Source: Bacteroidota bacterium (GTDB taxonomy: Bacteria; Bacteroidota; Bacteroidia; Flavobacteriales; Weeksellaceae). Taken from it: 64,000 bases of DNA. Made by a program: the position numbers and the translations under genes. Of the stretch, positions 1 to 13,247 are shown one piece after another. The notes beneath the pieces were generated by a model. It worked only from the letters and a program-made list of their open reading frames with translations. It ran no database searches and was not told where the DNA came from. The DNA is taken from the NCBI GenBank assembly GCA_023457935.1, contig JAEXBA010000019.1:2515-66514 (forward strand). The letters are read 5' to 3'. Each line of letters starts with the position of its first letter. The stretch's first letter is position 1.

Positions 1-1
1 G

Positions 2-340
2 CTTGATAAAGTAGCGGAATTCAACCGGAAATATGGCGAAAATACCGCTGAAGTTGAAATAAAAGAGCAGTACCGCAATATGAAACAGCAGTTTGAAGGC
101 AAAATGCACATTATTGATATTGCAGCTCAGGCAATGAAAGATGCCAATGTTGAGCCACAAATCAAAGCAATCCGTGGTGGAACTGACGGCGCACAGCTTT
201 CGTATATGGGGCTTCCTTGTCCGAATATTTTTGCCGGCGGAATGAATTTCCATGGTCCGTACGAGTATGTTGCCCTGGAAACGATGGAAAAAGCCGTGAA
301 AGTGATTGTGAATATTGCAAGAGCGGTTAAAAAAAGATAA
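2..340 (+). CDS. pepT: peptidase T (tripeptide aminopeptidase), C-terminal part; 5' end lies outside the window
   Basis: The frame is open from the window edge. The tail [33 protein letters not shown] is typical of M20B PepT. Confidence 0.8.
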   Translation, partial: LDKVAEFNRKYGENTAEVEIKEQYRNMKQQFEGKMHIIDIAAQAMKDANVEPQIKAIRGGTDGAQLSYMGLPCPNIFAGGMNFHGPYEYVALETMEKAVKVIVNIARAVKKR

Positions 341-361
341 TTTTCTTTAAAAACTTCCACT

Positions 362-396
362 AAAAGTTCTCCTTCTCCGGGAGAACTTTTTTATTT
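362..396 (+). terminator. rho-independent terminator after pepT
   Basis: Perfect 11-bp stem AAAAGTTCTCC/GGAGAACTTTT followed by a T run. Confidence 0.75.
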
Positions 397-445
397 AATT
401 CAAATAAATTAATTTTAAATTAAAATTCAGGAAATACTAACGTCT

Positions 446-453
446 TAATTTTG
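446..453 (+). promoter_or_regulatory. Bacteroidetes-type -7 box (TAnnTTTG) for the LpxH-like gene
   Basis: TAATTTTG, 12 nt before the ATG at 466. Confidence 0.5.
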
Positions 454-465
454 AAAAAACTCAAA

Positions 466-1314
466 ATGCCGAACAAACGCGACGTTGAAATTGTCATCCT
501 TTCGGATATTCATCTGGCAACATACGGCTGTCACGCAACCGAACTGGTCGCTTATCTGAAAAGCATCAATCCAAAATTATTAATTCTTAACGGTGATATT
601 ATCGACGGCTGGGCATTTTCCAAAAAGTATTTTCCCACCTCGCACATGGCAGTTTTAAGTGAGTTTTTTAAAATGATGAAGAATGATACGCAAATCATCT
701 ACATCACGGGAAATCATGACGAATTTCTCAGAAAATACTCCGATTTACAAATGGGAAACCTTTTTCTTACCGATAAATATCTTCTTGAAATTGACGGTAA
801 GAAACACTGGATTTTCCACGGTGACATCTTTGATCATACCACAAAAGGCGGCGCAAAAATCATTGCAAAAATTGGCGGCATTGGTTACGACTGGCTGATT
901 TTGGTGAACCGCGCGATTAACTGGTTTCTTGGCCTGTTCGGAAAACCGAAGGTTTCACTATCCAAAAAAATTAAAAATTCGGTGAAAAAAGCTGTTGCCT
1001 TTATTGCGGATTTTGAACAGAAAGCCATTGAACTGGCGATCGACAATCATTATGATTACGTGATTTGCGGCCATATTCACATGCCTTCAGACCGTATTGC
1101 CACAAACGAACACGGTTCTGTGCGTTACCTGAATTCCGGTGACTGGATTGAAAATCTTTCCTGGCTGGAATACAACAACAGTGAATGGAAACTGAATTTC
1201 TTTGATTCTAAAAATTTCCAGAAACCGGAAATTGAGCCGAACGACATTTCCGTAAATATGGAAGATTTTATTCATCCGGCTGCTTTTGCCAGCTTTGTTG
1301 GCGGAAAAGTCTAA
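466..1314 (+). CDS. UDP-2,3-diacylglucosamine diphosphatase-like metallophosphoesterase (LpxH family)
   Basis: Calcineurin-like motifs DIHL, GDIIDGW, GNHD and GHIH are present. The ATG at 466 lies 12 nt after a TAATTTTG box, and that box overlaps the TTG at 451 used by the ORF track. Confidence 0.7.
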   Translation: MPNKRDVEIVILSDIHLATYGCHATELVAYLKSINPKLLILNGDIIDGWAFSKKYFPTSHMAVLSEFFKMMKNDTQIIYITGNHDEFLRKYSDLQMGNLFLTDKYLLEIDGKKHWIFHGDIFDHTTKGGAKIIAKIGGIGYDWLILVNRAINWFLGLFGKPKVSLSKKIKNSVKKAVAFIADFEQKAIELAIDNHYDYVICGHIHMPSDRIATNEHGSVRYLNSGDWIENLSWLEYNNSEWKLNFFDSKNFQKPEIEPNDISVNMEDFIHPAAFASFVGGKV

Positions 1315-1315
1315 G

Positions 1316-2359
1316 TTAAAAATGAACCCAACCCTGAGCTGTAATTTCGGAAAGTTCGTTACTGCCGCGTAAAACCATATAATTTCCCTGCTCCAGATCT
1401 ACCGCATGACCGATTACTGTAAAATCCGGATGGTTTCTTATTTTCTCGAAATCATCAGGTGAAATGGTAAACAGAAGTTCATAATCCTCACCACCGGAAA
1501 GTGCTGCCATTGCAGGATTCAGGTTAAATTCATCCGCAGTGGAAATGGTCAGCGAGTCCATCGGGATTTTTTCTTCGTACAGGCGGAATCCAACCTTACT
1601 CTGATCAGAAAGATGCAGGATTTCTGAAGCCAAACCGTCTGAAATATCCATCATCGAGGTTGGTAAAACATCAAGTTCTTCGAAGATTTTCTTCACATCG
1701 GTTCTTGCTTCCGGTTTCAGCTGTCTTTCAAGAATATAATCGTAACCTTCCATTTCGGGCTGCATATTCGGATTGGCAAGAAAAACAGCATGTTCTCTTT
1801 CCAGAATCTGCAAACCCATATAGGCCGCACCCAAATCTCCGGTAACTACTAAAAGATCATTCGGTTTTGCGCCGCTTCTTTTCACAATATTCGCGGAATC
1901 TTCCAGTCCGATTGCGGTAATACTCATCACAAGTCCGGCATTGGAACTTGTGGTATCGCCACCAATGAGATCAACACCATATCTCTCACATGCCAGTGCA
2001 ATTCCTGCATATATTTCATCCAGTGCTTCCACCGGAAAACGGTTTGAAACTGCAAGAGAAACCAAAATCTGTGTCGGCGCTGCATTCATGGCTGCAATAT
2101 CACTCAAATTAACAACAACCGCCTTATAGCCCAAATGCTTCAAAGGAACATAGCCCAGGTTAAAATGAACACCTTCAGCCAAAACATCGGTTGTAACGAC
2201 TACTTTTTTCCCATCAGGATTGATTACTGCAGCGTCATCTCCAACTGAAATTTCACTAGATGGGTTTTTTAAACTAAATTTTTCGGTAAGATGTTTAATC
2301 AGTCCAAATTCTCCAAGCTGTGAAATGGGTGTAAGATTAAGGTTTTTATCTTCTAACAT
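1316..2359 (-). CDS. thiL: thiamine-monophosphate kinase
   Basis: AIR-synthase-like fold signature: EFGLIKHL, GDDAAV, GGDT. The length of 347 aa fits. Confidence 0.8.
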   Translation of the reverse strand: MLEDKNLNLTPISQLGEFGLIKHLTEKFSLKNPSSEISVGDDAAVINPDGKKVVVTTDVLAEGVHFNLGYVPLKHLGYKAVVVNLSDIAAMNAAPTQILVSLAVSNRFPVEALDEIYAGIALACERYGVDLIGGDTTSSNAGLVMSITAIGLEDSANIVKRSGAKPNDLLVVTGDLGAAYMGLQILEREHAVFLANPNMQPEMEGYDYILERQLKPEARTDVKKIFEELDVLPTSMMDISDGLASEILHLSDQSKVGFRLYEEKIPMDSLTISTADEFNLNPAMAALSGGEDYELLFTISPDDFEKIRNHPDFTVIGHAVDLEQGNYMVLRGSNELSEITAQGWVHF

Positions 2360-2378
2360 GTTGGGGAGTTAATGTTTT

Positions 2379-2879
2379 CTATTTTACTTCAAATACTGAC
2401 GGATCCAGATTTTCAGGGCGAAAAGGCAGTTTTTTGATATCTTCTTTTGTGAAGACGGTATGATTCGGTGATTTAAACTGAGTAAGAACTTCCAGAATAT
2501 CATCAGGTGGATTTGTTGATTTTCTCAGCATCATATCAATCCAGACACCGAAAGCTTCAGAAGTGGCAAGGTGTGTTCCGTCCGGAAGGTAGAATTTATG
2601 AAGAAACTGGTAGATGGATCCGTCTTCAGAAAAACCGTCTATTTCCAGACTTACATATACTTCCTGATCCATATACACTTCCTTGAAGAACGAGAACCTT
2701 TCATGCAGAATTACAGGGCCGATTCCCCAGCGGTTCAGCTCGCGCAGACCCATTTTGTTTTTCGACATAAAAGCCATTCTGGTTTGTGCGCAGTATTCCA
2801 CGTAAGCCGAATTGGCAAGATGGCGGTTGGCATCAATATCGCTCCAGCGGACTTCAAATTTATGGTAGTAAACAGACAT
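2379..2879 (-). CDS. acyl-CoA thioesterase (4HBT/hotdog family)
   Basis: The N-terminus HKFEVRWSDIDANRHLANSAY is hotdog-thioesterase-like. I moved the start to the ATG at 2879 because a TACCTTTG -7 box (2894-2901) sits inside the longer TTG-started ORF. Confidence 0.65.
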   Translation of the reverse strand: MSVYYHKFEVRWSDIDANRHLANSAYVEYCAQTRMAFMSKNKMGLRELNRWGIGPVILHERFSFFKEVYMDQEVYVSLEIDGFSEDGSIYQFLHKFYLPDGTHLATSEAFGVWIDMMLRKSTNPPDDILEVLTQFKSPNHTVFTKEDIKKLPFRPENLDPSVFEVK

Positions 2880-2893
2880 TTTTTTAATTTGTG

Positions 2894-2901
2894 CAAAGGT
2901 A
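2894..2901 (-). promoter_or_regulatory. -7 box for the thioesterase gene
   Basis: TACCTTTG on the minus strand, 14 nt before the ATG at 2879. Confidence 0.45.
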
Positions 2902-2964
2902 CTCAAACGATTTCTACTGCAAAACTTTGTATGGGAAAGAAAATGTGTACAGAACGGCTACATC

Positions 2965-5619
2965 TTAGTCGTTCTCCTTATCTTTTTTTCTGAAGACTCT
3001 TTTCAGAAAGCCTTCTTTCTTTTCCGGTTCCGCTGTGTTTGCCGGTGTCTGTATTTTTTCCTTTACTTCTTTGGCCGTCTTCGAAACACCTTTTCCAACG
3101 GCCTTAGCATCTGTAACTGTTGTTTTTACGGTTTGCTCCGTATTTTCAATGTTCTTGCCGATAAGTGTTTTCTTCAGACCTTCCTGAATTCCCTGCCAGA
3201 ATAAGTTAAAGAAAGATTTCGTTGGATCGCGTTTTACATTGTCCACCGTTACGGTTTCAGGATAGTCTTTCGAATTGGTTCGTACCACCATATTTACGAT
3301 CGCAGAAAGTACTTTATTCTTTTCTTTTGAATCTTTTTTCAGAACCGAAACCTTCAGGTCTTTGTGTTTCATATTCACCACGCCGTTAAGGCCGGTTTTT
3401 GTGCCGTTGAAATTGAAAATAAGATTCTCGATGGCTCCTGTTGCACGTACTTTAAGATAGGGTTCTATAAACGGATTGATTCTGGAAGCCGGCAGATCGG
3501 AAATGTTTCCCGAAATCGAAAACGCATCATTCTGTTTTGCCGTATCCAGATTCCACTTCACATTCATCGGCGAAGCGTTCATAAAGGAAGTTTTTATCGT
3601 AATCGGAATGGCTGTCGGTTTTCCCGGTGATTTCCCGGAATTAAGGTTTTTCACATTCATACTGAAATTACCGAAAACTAGTTTTCCGGGCCCTTCACTC
3701 TGTTTGGTATCTTCCTCATATTCCAGAACGGAGTTTTTGATGTCAAGATTCCCTACAGTCAGCGGAAATTTGATGCTTCGTAACAGTTCACTGTACATTG
3801 GCTTGATGCTCGGATCATCTTTCGGAATCTTACTTCTGAAAATATTCGCCTTTACACCGTTCAGCAGAACCTGAGAAACATTCATGAATTTTTTGTCTGA
3901 AACGAGATCCCAGTTTCCGTTTCCGGTAATCTGGTTCACAGCAATATCGTACAGATCTTTTTCCACAGGAATCATTCGGATAAACTGCGCGCGCGAAACA
4001 GTTGGTTTCATGGCAAAATTGTTCACGAGAAAATTTCCTTTCTGAAACTTGATCAAACCTGCACTCATATTGTAAAATTCTGTGCGGTAACTGAAGTTTT
4101 TCGTAGTGAAATTATAGGTTCCCAGCTTAAAAGGAATTCCCTTTTTCACGGTTTCGGAATTCATTTCAAGATTCTGAACATTTGCATACAGATTGTTGAA
4201 TACCAAAGGGCGGTTCGGCCGGTCAACAGTAAGGTTGGAATTCTTCACTGTAATATTCCGAACCTTTAACGGCAGCTGAATTCCGCGCATTGAAAACTTC
4301 TTTCTTTCCTCGCTTTCGGGCGCAGTAAATTTGCCGTTCAGTGCATCCAGAACCAGATTCTGAACATCAACCGACAGACGGTTCTTTTCAAACTTCCAGC
4401 TGTTGATATCGGCGAAAATATGATTCAACGAAAAATCCAGAAGCGGCTTCGAAGAATACTTCACTTTAGGTTTTACCATAATACCGCGCGATTCCACACT
4501 TTTTGGATTCGCAGAAAGTGAGTTTACTGTAATTTCCTGATCGGGCGTAATGTAATTGAGACCGTTTCCGCCAATAAGAAACTTTTCATAGGAAAACGGA
4601 ATGTTTCCTTTTGCCGTTTCCCTGTCCATTCTCATATTGGAGACGTTAAGATTCAGGGTTTCTGCAGCAAAAAGCCGTGTTTTATCCGGATTCAGAATCT
4701 CTACTTTTGCTTTGTTCATCTGTACATCCTGAAGATTCACATCATAAGTAAAATCCTTTTCTGTTTTGCTTTTCGGAGCCGATGTTGTAAACATTTTTAT
4801 TTCAGGATTCTGAAACGTAACATTGGACAGGGCAATTTTGTTGTTCTTCATCACAATGTCCTTGAAAGTCATCTGATCTGCATTAAAATCAAAAAGGTTA
4901 CGCTTCTTCGGATAGTAACGGATGAACTGATCGTACGTGAGCAAAGGAACGAGTCTGAATTTCTGAATGTCCATAAGACCGTTCTTTGTGGTGATGACGT
5001 TAGCCGTTAAAGCGTATACGTTATCCGGCCGGAAATAAAAATTTCTTCCGTTAATGTCATACTTATCGAAAACCACAGGAAGTTTCTGCTCTACAGATTT
5101 TTCGGTGAGCTGAAGATTGGTAACATCCAGCATAAGATCGTTTACAGAAAGAAACTTCTGCTTTGTGTGGCGGTACATGCTGATATCGCCGTCTTTAATT
5201 TTTAAATTCTTAAAAAGCAGTGGATTTCGCTCTTTCCCTGTGCGGTTGTCAACAGGTTTTGCCAAGGTTACTTTCAGCCGTGGCTTTACCAGCAAAAGGT
5301 CGGAAGTATTGATTTTCTTGTTGAATACTGCATCATAAATTCCCAACCGGCTGATTTTTAAAGAATCAACAGTTCCGTCAACACCGATTACATTCCGGTT
5401 TTCAGGATTTTTACTTTTCACTGCAATTTTGGTTGCCAAGATATTGCCCGTTCCCAAATCCACATCCAGCGTGGAATATTTAATCTCATAATCAGAGTTT
5501 TTTCTGATATAATCAGGAAGATTTTCCTTAAGCCACCAGTTTACCCCAATATTTCCAAGGAGAAAAAGAATGGCCAGAACAGCCAGTGAAATAAGCGATA
5601 TTTTAAGCCACTTTTGCAT
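2965..5619 (-). CDS. large membrane-anchored AsmA/DUF748-like envelope protein
   Basis: 884 aa with a single N-terminal TM helix (ISLISLAVLAILFLLGNIGV), a long beta-rich body and a K/E-rich tail. The family assignment is by resemblance only. Confidence 0.5.
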   Translation of the reverse strand: MQKWLKISLISLAVLAILFLLGNIGVNWWLKENLPDYIRKNSDYEIKYSTLDVDLGTGNILATKIAVKSKNPENRNVIGVDGTVDSLKISRLGIYDAVFNKKINTSDLLLVKPRLKVTLAKPVDNRTGKERNPLLFKNLKIKDGDISMYRHTKQKFLSVNDLMLDVTNLQLTEKSVEQKLPVVFDKYDINGRNFYFRPDNVYALTANVITTKNGLMDIQKFRLVPLLTYDQFIRYYPKKRNLFDFNADQMTFKDIVMKNNKIALSNVTFQNPEIKMFTTSAPKSKTEKDFTYDVNLQDVQMNKAKVEILNPDKTRLFAAETLNLNVSNMRMDRETAKGNIPFSYEKFLIGGNGLNYITPDQEITVNSLSANPKSVESRGIMVKPKVKYSSKPLLDFSLNHIFADINSWKFEKNRLSVDVQNLVLDALNGKFTAPESEERKKFSMRGIQLPLKVRNITVKNSNLTVDRPNRPLVFNNLYANVQNLEMNSETVKKGIPFKLGTYNFTTKNFSYRTEFYNMSAGLIKFQKGNFLVNNFAMKPTVSRAQFIRMIPVEKDLYDIAVNQITGNGNWDLVSDKKFMNVSQVLLNGVKANIFRSKIPKDDPSIKPMYSELLRSIKFPLTVGNLDIKNSVLEYEEDTKQSEGPGKLVFGNFSMNVKNLNSGKSPGKPTAIPITIKTSFMNASPMNVKWNLDTAKQNDAFSISGNISDLPASRINPFIEPYLKVRATGAIENLIFNFNGTKTGLNGVVNMKHKDLKVSVLKKDSKEKNKVLSAIVNMVVRTNSKDYPETVTVDNVKRDPTKSFFNLFWQGIQEGLKKTLIGKNIENTEQTVKTTVTDAKAVGKGVSKTAKEVKEKIQTPANTAEPEKKEGFLKRVFRKKDKEND

Positions 5620-5764
5620 TCTGCAAAAATAAAATTGTGACTGTTTTGCGCGTTATAAGATTTTAGGGATTGCTTACAGCTTGGTGTCCGAATGGTTTAT
5701 CCGCTGACTCAGGACGAATTTATCTGTATTTTTTTTCTGAACAGTTCTGAAATAATGTGAACGC

Positions 5765-6559
5765 TTATTTTACTTCCAGTTCAACTACAAAGCCTTCGTG
5801 GCTCCGGACGTTCATCACTTTGCCGTCTTCAAAACTCAGATACTGCCCTTTTATTCCCGTCAGAACACCTTCAAACTCAGGATTTTTATCCAAAGTGAAA
5901 GCGGTTATTTTCCCGTTGTTTTCATAGGGATAGTCTAAACGGACCATTTCACCGGTTTCATTGTAAAAATTTTCAAAATTTTCAGGGAAATACTGCTGAA
6001 TTCGGTTTCGGAAATCCGCTAGGTCCAGATCATCTTCAAAATCGTCTTCCAGCATTTTTTTGTAATTCGTTTTGTCCGGAAGATGTTCTTTTAGGGCAAC
6101 TTCAATCATTCCGGCTTCATACCGGTTGTCGGTTTTGGCAATCGGGAGTGCAAATGTAGCGCCCTGATCAATCCATCTCGTCGGAATCTGGTTGAACCGC
6201 GTAACGCCAACTTTTACATCACCGGTGTAAGCCAGGTACACAATATGCGGCTGCAGCTGGATCTGCTTTTCCACTTCGAGATCGCGTTCTGCCTCGCCAA
6301 GATGGGCACGGGAAAGTTCCGGACGGATGATCGTATCGCTTGCATAAGGACTTTCGAAAAAACATTTCTTGCAGAAACCCATTCTGAAGATTTTTTCTTC
6401 GCTGCCGCAGTTTACGCATTCATAACCGATATGTTTCAGTCTGATTTTCCTGCCGATAAGCTGATTAATATTGATCAGATCATCAGAAAGCGATAAATAA
6501 TACTGAATCGGTTTCCCGTTTTCGGTTCTCATTTTCAGAACCTGTCCTTTGAATAGCAT
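5765..6559 (-). CDS. DUF2797-like protein with a CxxC...CxxC zinc-ribbon
   Basis: Contains CVNCG...CKKCF motifs. The ATG at 6559 lies 27 nt downstream of a TAGTTTTG box (6587-6594). Confidence 0.6.
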   Translation of the reverse strand: MLFKGQVLKMRTENGKPIQYYLSLSDDLININQLIGRKIRLKHIGYECVNCGSEEKIFRMGFCKKCFFESPYASDTIIRPELSRAHLGEAERDLEVEKQIQLQPHIVYLAYTGDVKVGVTRFNQIPTRWIDQGATFALPIAKTDNRYEAGMIEVALKEHLPDKTNYKKMLEDDFEDDLDLADFRNRIQQYFPENFENFYNETGEMVRLDYPYENNGKITAFTLDKNPEFEGVLTGIKGQYLSFEDGKVMNVRSHEGFVVELEVK

Positions 6560-6586
6560 TGCGGTTGAAATTTCAGTAAAAATAAG

Positions 6587-6594
6587 CAAAACTA
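6587..6594 (-). promoter_or_regulatory. -7 box for the DUF2797 gene
   Basis: TAGTTTTG on the minus strand, 27 nt before the ATG at 6559. Confidence 0.45.
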
Positions 6595-6684
6595 TCTGCG
6601 CAGAGGAAAAAATTCCCTGGGAAATAGCGGACAAAGATTGACAATCATACTAAAATCAGTTCGTTACCCTTCAACTTAATTGAG

Positions 6685-6692
6685 TAAATTTG
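6685..6692 (+). promoter_or_regulatory. -7 box for the epimerase gene
   Basis: TAAATTTG, 18 nt before the ATG at 6711. Confidence 0.5.
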
Positions 6693-6710
6693 CTGCACAA
6701 AAAAATTGCG

Positions 6711-7733
6711 ATGACCTATCTTGTTACCGGCGGAAGCGGATTTATCGGATCTCATTTGGTGGAGGCACTTCTGAAAAACGGACATTCTGTCATAAACATT
6801 GACAACTTCGATGATTTTTATGATTACAAAATAAAAATCCGCAATACTTTAGAATCTGCCGGAAAAGATACCGAATTCAGTTTCAGCTCTAAAGAAATTG
6901 ATATTCAGAAAGTTATTATTGAAACTACTTCTGATCACTATCAGCTATTTTATCAGGATATCCGCGATCTGGAAGGTCTCAGAAAAGTTTTTGAAAATCA
7001 TAGCATTGATATGGTGATTCATCTCGCGGCGCTTGCAGGCGTGAGACCTTCCATTGAACGGCCTTTGGAATATGAAGAAGTGAACATCAAAGGAACGATG
7101 AATCTGTGGGAACTCTGTAAGGAATTCAACATCAAAAAATTTGTAAACGCTTCATCTTCCAGTGTTTACGGAAACAATGAGAAAATTCCTTTTTCTGAAA
7201 CAGATAATGTAGACAAGCCAATTTCGCCTTATGCCGCGACAAAAAAATGCACGGAAATTCTTGGGCATGTTTACCATCATCTTTATGGGATTGACATGGT
7301 TCACCTGCGTTTCTTCACCGTTTATGGCCCAAGACAGAGGCCGGATCTTGCGATTCATAAATTCACCAAAATCATTGCTGAACAAGGACAGATTCCGTTT
7401 TATGGCGACGGCTCCACTTCCCGAGATTATACTTTTATTGATGATATTATCGACGGCATTCTGAAATCAGTGAAAATTCTGGAAGAAAAAAATGCAGTTT
7501 ATGAGATCCTGAATCTCGGCGAAAATGAAGTCATTAACCTTCAGGAAATGGTATCTGCACTGGAAAACGAAATGAAGACCGAAGCCCAAAAAAACACTTT
7601 GTCAATGCAGCCCGGAGACGTCCTGAAAACCAATGCTGATATTACCAAAGCAAGAACATTAATCGGTTACCGGCCCTCGACAAACTTCCAAAATGGCATA
7701 AAAAAATTTGTGGAATGGTTTTTGAGAAATTGA
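6711..7733 (+). CDS. NAD-dependent sugar-nucleotide epimerase/dehydratase (SDR family)
   Basis: Has the TGGSGFIGSH Rossmann motif and a YAATK catalytic motif. The ATG at 6711 follows a TAAATTTG box at 6685-6692. Confidence 0.8.
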   Translation: MTYLVTGGSGFIGSHLVEALLKNGHSVINIDNFDDFYDYKIKIRNTLESAGKDTEFSFSSKEIDIQKVIIETTSDHYQLFYQDIRDLEGLRKVFENHSIDMVIHLAALAGVRPSIERPLEYEEVNIKGTMNLWELCKEFNIKKFVNASSSSVYGNNEKIPFSETDNVDKPISPYAATKKCTEILGHVYHHLYGIDMVHLRFFTVYGPRQRPDLAIHKFTKIIAEQGQIPFYGDGSTSRDYTFIDDIIDGILKSVKILEEKNAVYEILNLGENEVINLQEMVSALENEMKTEAQKNTLSMQPGDVLKTNADITKARTLIGYRPSTNFQNGIKKFVEWFLRN

Positions 7734-7871
7734 GCCGAAAGTAAGACTTCAGTTCTTCTGAAAATCCAGTGGCCACAACCCTGAAATGCCGTTTCCAGAA
7801 AGCCCTCTGTAAAAAGCAGCAAAAGAATTGAAAATCAGGGAGAAAAAGCTTTGTTTTCCCACCTATTTTTT

Positions 7872-7879
7872 TACTTTTG
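7872..7879 (+). promoter_or_regulatory. -7 box for the DUF2795 gene
   Basis: TACTTTTG, 29 nt before the ATG at 7909. Confidence 0.45.
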
Positions 7880-7908
7880 CAAAAAATTTAGAAAACACAC
7901 ATTATTAT

Positions 7909-8130
7909 ATGTACTGGACACTAGAATTAGCTTCTTATTTAAGCGATGCCCCTTGGCCAATGACCAAGGCAGAATTAATTGACTACGCCATCAGAACCGG
8001 CGCACCAATGGAAGTGGTAGAAAACCTTCAGGCTATTGAAGACGAAGGGGAAATCTACGAATCTATCGAAGAAGTCTGGAGCGATTATCCAACGGATGAA
8101 GACTTCCTTTGGAACGAAGACGAATACTAA
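7909..8130 (+). CDS. DUF2795-like small protein
   Basis: MYWTLELASYLSDAPWPMTKAELIDYAIRTGAPMEVVENLQ resembles DUF2795. A TACTTTTG box lies 30 nt upstream. Confidence 0.6.
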   Translation: MYWTLELASYLSDAPWPMTKAELIDYAIRTGAPMEVVENLQAIEDEGEIYESIEEVWSDYPTDEDFLWNEDEY

Positions 8131-8245
8131 AAAAACAAGTAGGCTTCAGGCAAATTGCTTCAAGCCTATTTTCATTGTATCACTGCACCAATTGTGCTAA
8201 TTATTAACGCTTACTGCATCCCGCGTAAGCTTAGAGCAAAAAAAT

Positions 8246-11320
<3,075 letters not shown>

Positions 11321-11344
11321 TTTTAAAAATAAGCAAATTCATAG

Positions 11345-11375
11345 CCCGTTTGAGTTAATTTTCAAGCGGGTTTTT
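11345..11375 (+). terminator. rho-independent terminator after secA
   Basis: CCCGTTTGA/TCAAGCGGG stem with one G-U pair, followed by TTTTT. Confidence 0.7.
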
Positions 11376-11554
11376 AATTTTTTATCTACATAAATTCTGA
11401 AGTTTTGCTATTAAATATTGTTGAATTTTTTCAAGAATTAAAATAAATTCTGTTAATTTTTTTTTCTTAAAAATCCATTTTGGTTAATCTTTGTTAAATG
11501 CTATTATCACTGCCTTTACAGCAATTACATTTACGCAGTTAATCAAAAATTGAT

Positions 11555-12076
11555 ATGAAGAAAACAATTACAGTAGGTATGCTTGCTTTTGCCAGCATGG
11601 GTTTCTCGCAGGAAGTTTCAACCGAGAACTACAGAATCCCAAGAAATGAACTTAAATTGAATCTCGTCTATGCTTTTTGGGGTGTCGGCGAAGTGAGTTA
11701 TGAAAGGCATCTTAATGAAAATTTATCTGCCGGAATTTCTGCAGCTGCCGGATTTGGAAAACTTGATGTTAGTTATGGCTTCACACCGTATGTTCGCTAC
11801 TACTTTGGAAAGAACCCTAATTCCGGTTTTTTTGTTGAAGGAAACGGCATGTTGGTCTGGTCTAAAGACCACGTGGTACTCAATGAATCTTTCCAAAATT
11901 CCGGCGAAAGAAAAAAATCGTTCGGCATTGGAATGGGTGCAGCAGTAGGTTACAAATACGTGACCCAAAAAAATATTGTTTTTGAAGCTTATGGCGGTGT
12001 CGGAAAATTTTTCAATAATGAACTTTCTGATGGAGTGTATCCCCGTTTTGGAATCGGAATTGGAAAAAAGTTCTAA
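11555..12076 (+). CDS. small outer-membrane beta-barrel protein
   Basis: Signal peptide MKKTITVGMLAFASMGFSQ, alternating beta pattern and a C-terminal Phe (GKKF). Confidence 0.55.
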   Translation: MKKTITVGMLAFASMGFSQEVSTENYRIPRNELKLNLVYAFWGVGEVSYERHLNENLSAGISAAAGFGKLDVSYGFTPYVRYYFGKNPNSGFFVEGNGMLVWSKDHVVLNESFQNSGERKKSFGIGMGAAVGYKYVTQKNIVFEAYGGVGKFFNNELSDGVYPRFGIGIGKKF

Positions 12077-12089
12077 CATCCAGTAAAAT

Positions 12090-12116
12090 ATCCGTCAAAA
12101 CTGGCGGATTTTTTTG
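12090..12116 (+). terminator. rho-independent terminator after the small OMP gene
   Basis: 8-bp stem ATCCGTCA/TGGCGGAT, a tetraloop and then T7. Confidence 0.7.
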
Positions 12117-12210
12117 TTGATGATTTCGATTATTTTTTATAAAACTTTTATAAGAACCTCATCAAATATTAATTTTTCATTAAATTTATTGATTCAAAAA
12201 AATAAATCAG

Positions 12211-13182
12211 ATGGCTCTAATAGATTTGTCCAGACAGGTGGCTTTGGGTATTGATATCGGCGGTACCAATACGAAATTCGGTTTGGTAAACCACCGCGGT
12301 GAAATTCTTGATAAAGGCACATTAAAAACGGATCAGCACGAAAAAATCGAAGATTTCATCACTGAACTGTACGAAAACCTTAAACCACTTGTAGGCAAAC
12401 ACTGTTCTGATAAAAGTTTTGAAGGTATCGGCGTAGGCGCTCCCAATGCGAACTATTATAAAGGTACAATTGAACAGGCGCCAAACCTTCGGTGGAAAGG
12501 CGTGATTCCGTTTGCCGATATGATGGCTGAAAAATTCGGAAAACCCTGCACTATTACCAACGACGCAAATGCTGCGGCTTTGGGTGAAATGATGTACGGC
12601 GCTGCCCGCGGAATGAAAGATTTCATCATGATAACACTGGGAACCGGTGTCGGAAGCGGCATTGTATGCGGCGGAAACCTGGTTTACGGACACGACGGAT
12701 TTGCCGGTGAATTGGGACACACCATTGTAAAGCCAAATGGAAGAAAACACTGGTCTACAGGATCCGAAGGAAGTTTGGAAGCATATGCTTCCGCAACCGG
12801 AATTGCCATTACGGCAAAAAAATTCCGTGCAGAATTTCCCGAATCCATGCTGAACAGTTATCCTGAAGAAGAAATCAATTCCAAAACCGTGCACGAATGC
12901 GCGCTGAAAGGCGATTCCACAGCAATAGAAGTTTTCCGTTATACAGGCCAGAAACTGGGTGAAGCGCTTGCCAATTTTGTGATGTTCTCTTCACCGGAAG
13001 CCATTCTGCTGTTCGGCGGCGTTATAAAAGCCGGCGATTTTATTCTGAAACCTACAAGACTTCACATGGAGCATAACCTGTTGCCTATTTTCCGTGGAAA
13101 AGTAAAACTTGTTTTCAGTGAACTGGATGAAGCTGATGCCGCCATTCTCGGCGCCAGCGCACTGGTTTGGGAAAAGAAATAA
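12211..13182 (+). CDS. ROK-family glucokinase
   Basis: LGIDIGGTNTKFG ATPase motif and GELGH, as in ROK sugar kinases. Confidence 0.8.
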   Translation: MALIDLSRQVALGIDIGGTNTKFGLVNHRGEILDKGTLKTDQHEKIEDFITELYENLKPLVGKHCSDKSFEGIGVGAPNANYYKGTIEQAPNLRWKGVIPFADMMAEKFGKPCTITNDANAAALGEMMYGAARGMKDFIMITLGTGVGSGIVCGGNLVYGHDGFAGELGHTIVKPNGRKHWSTGSEGSLEAYASATGIAITAKKFRAEFPESMLNSYPEEEINSKTVHECALKGDSTAIEVFRYTGQKLGEALANFVMFSSPEAILLFGGVIKAGDFILKPTRLHMEHNLLPIFRGKVKLVFSELDEADAAILGASALVWEKK

Positions 13183-13194
13183 CAAACATGAAAA

Positions 13195-13216
13195 GAACGC
13201 GCCTGAAGGCGCGTTC
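13195..13216. terminator. GC-rich hairpin between the glucokinase gene and msrA
   Basis: Perfect 9-bp stem GAACGCGCC/GGCGCGTTC with loop TGAA. The T run is only on the minus-strand side, so its function on the plus strand is uncertain. Confidence 0.45.
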
Positions 13217-13247
13217 AATATTTAACGGAGAAATACGTTGTTAAGCA

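Noticed and set aside
451-465. Longer TTG/GTG-initiated versions of several ORFs in the track (starts at 451, 2906, 6634, 6690, 7828, 16517, 16692, 34118, 40572, 61505, 62254).
   Set aside because: In most cases a TAnnTTTG box or a terminator lies inside the extension. The first ATG after it also matches the expected N-terminus of the family, so I used the shorter coordinates.
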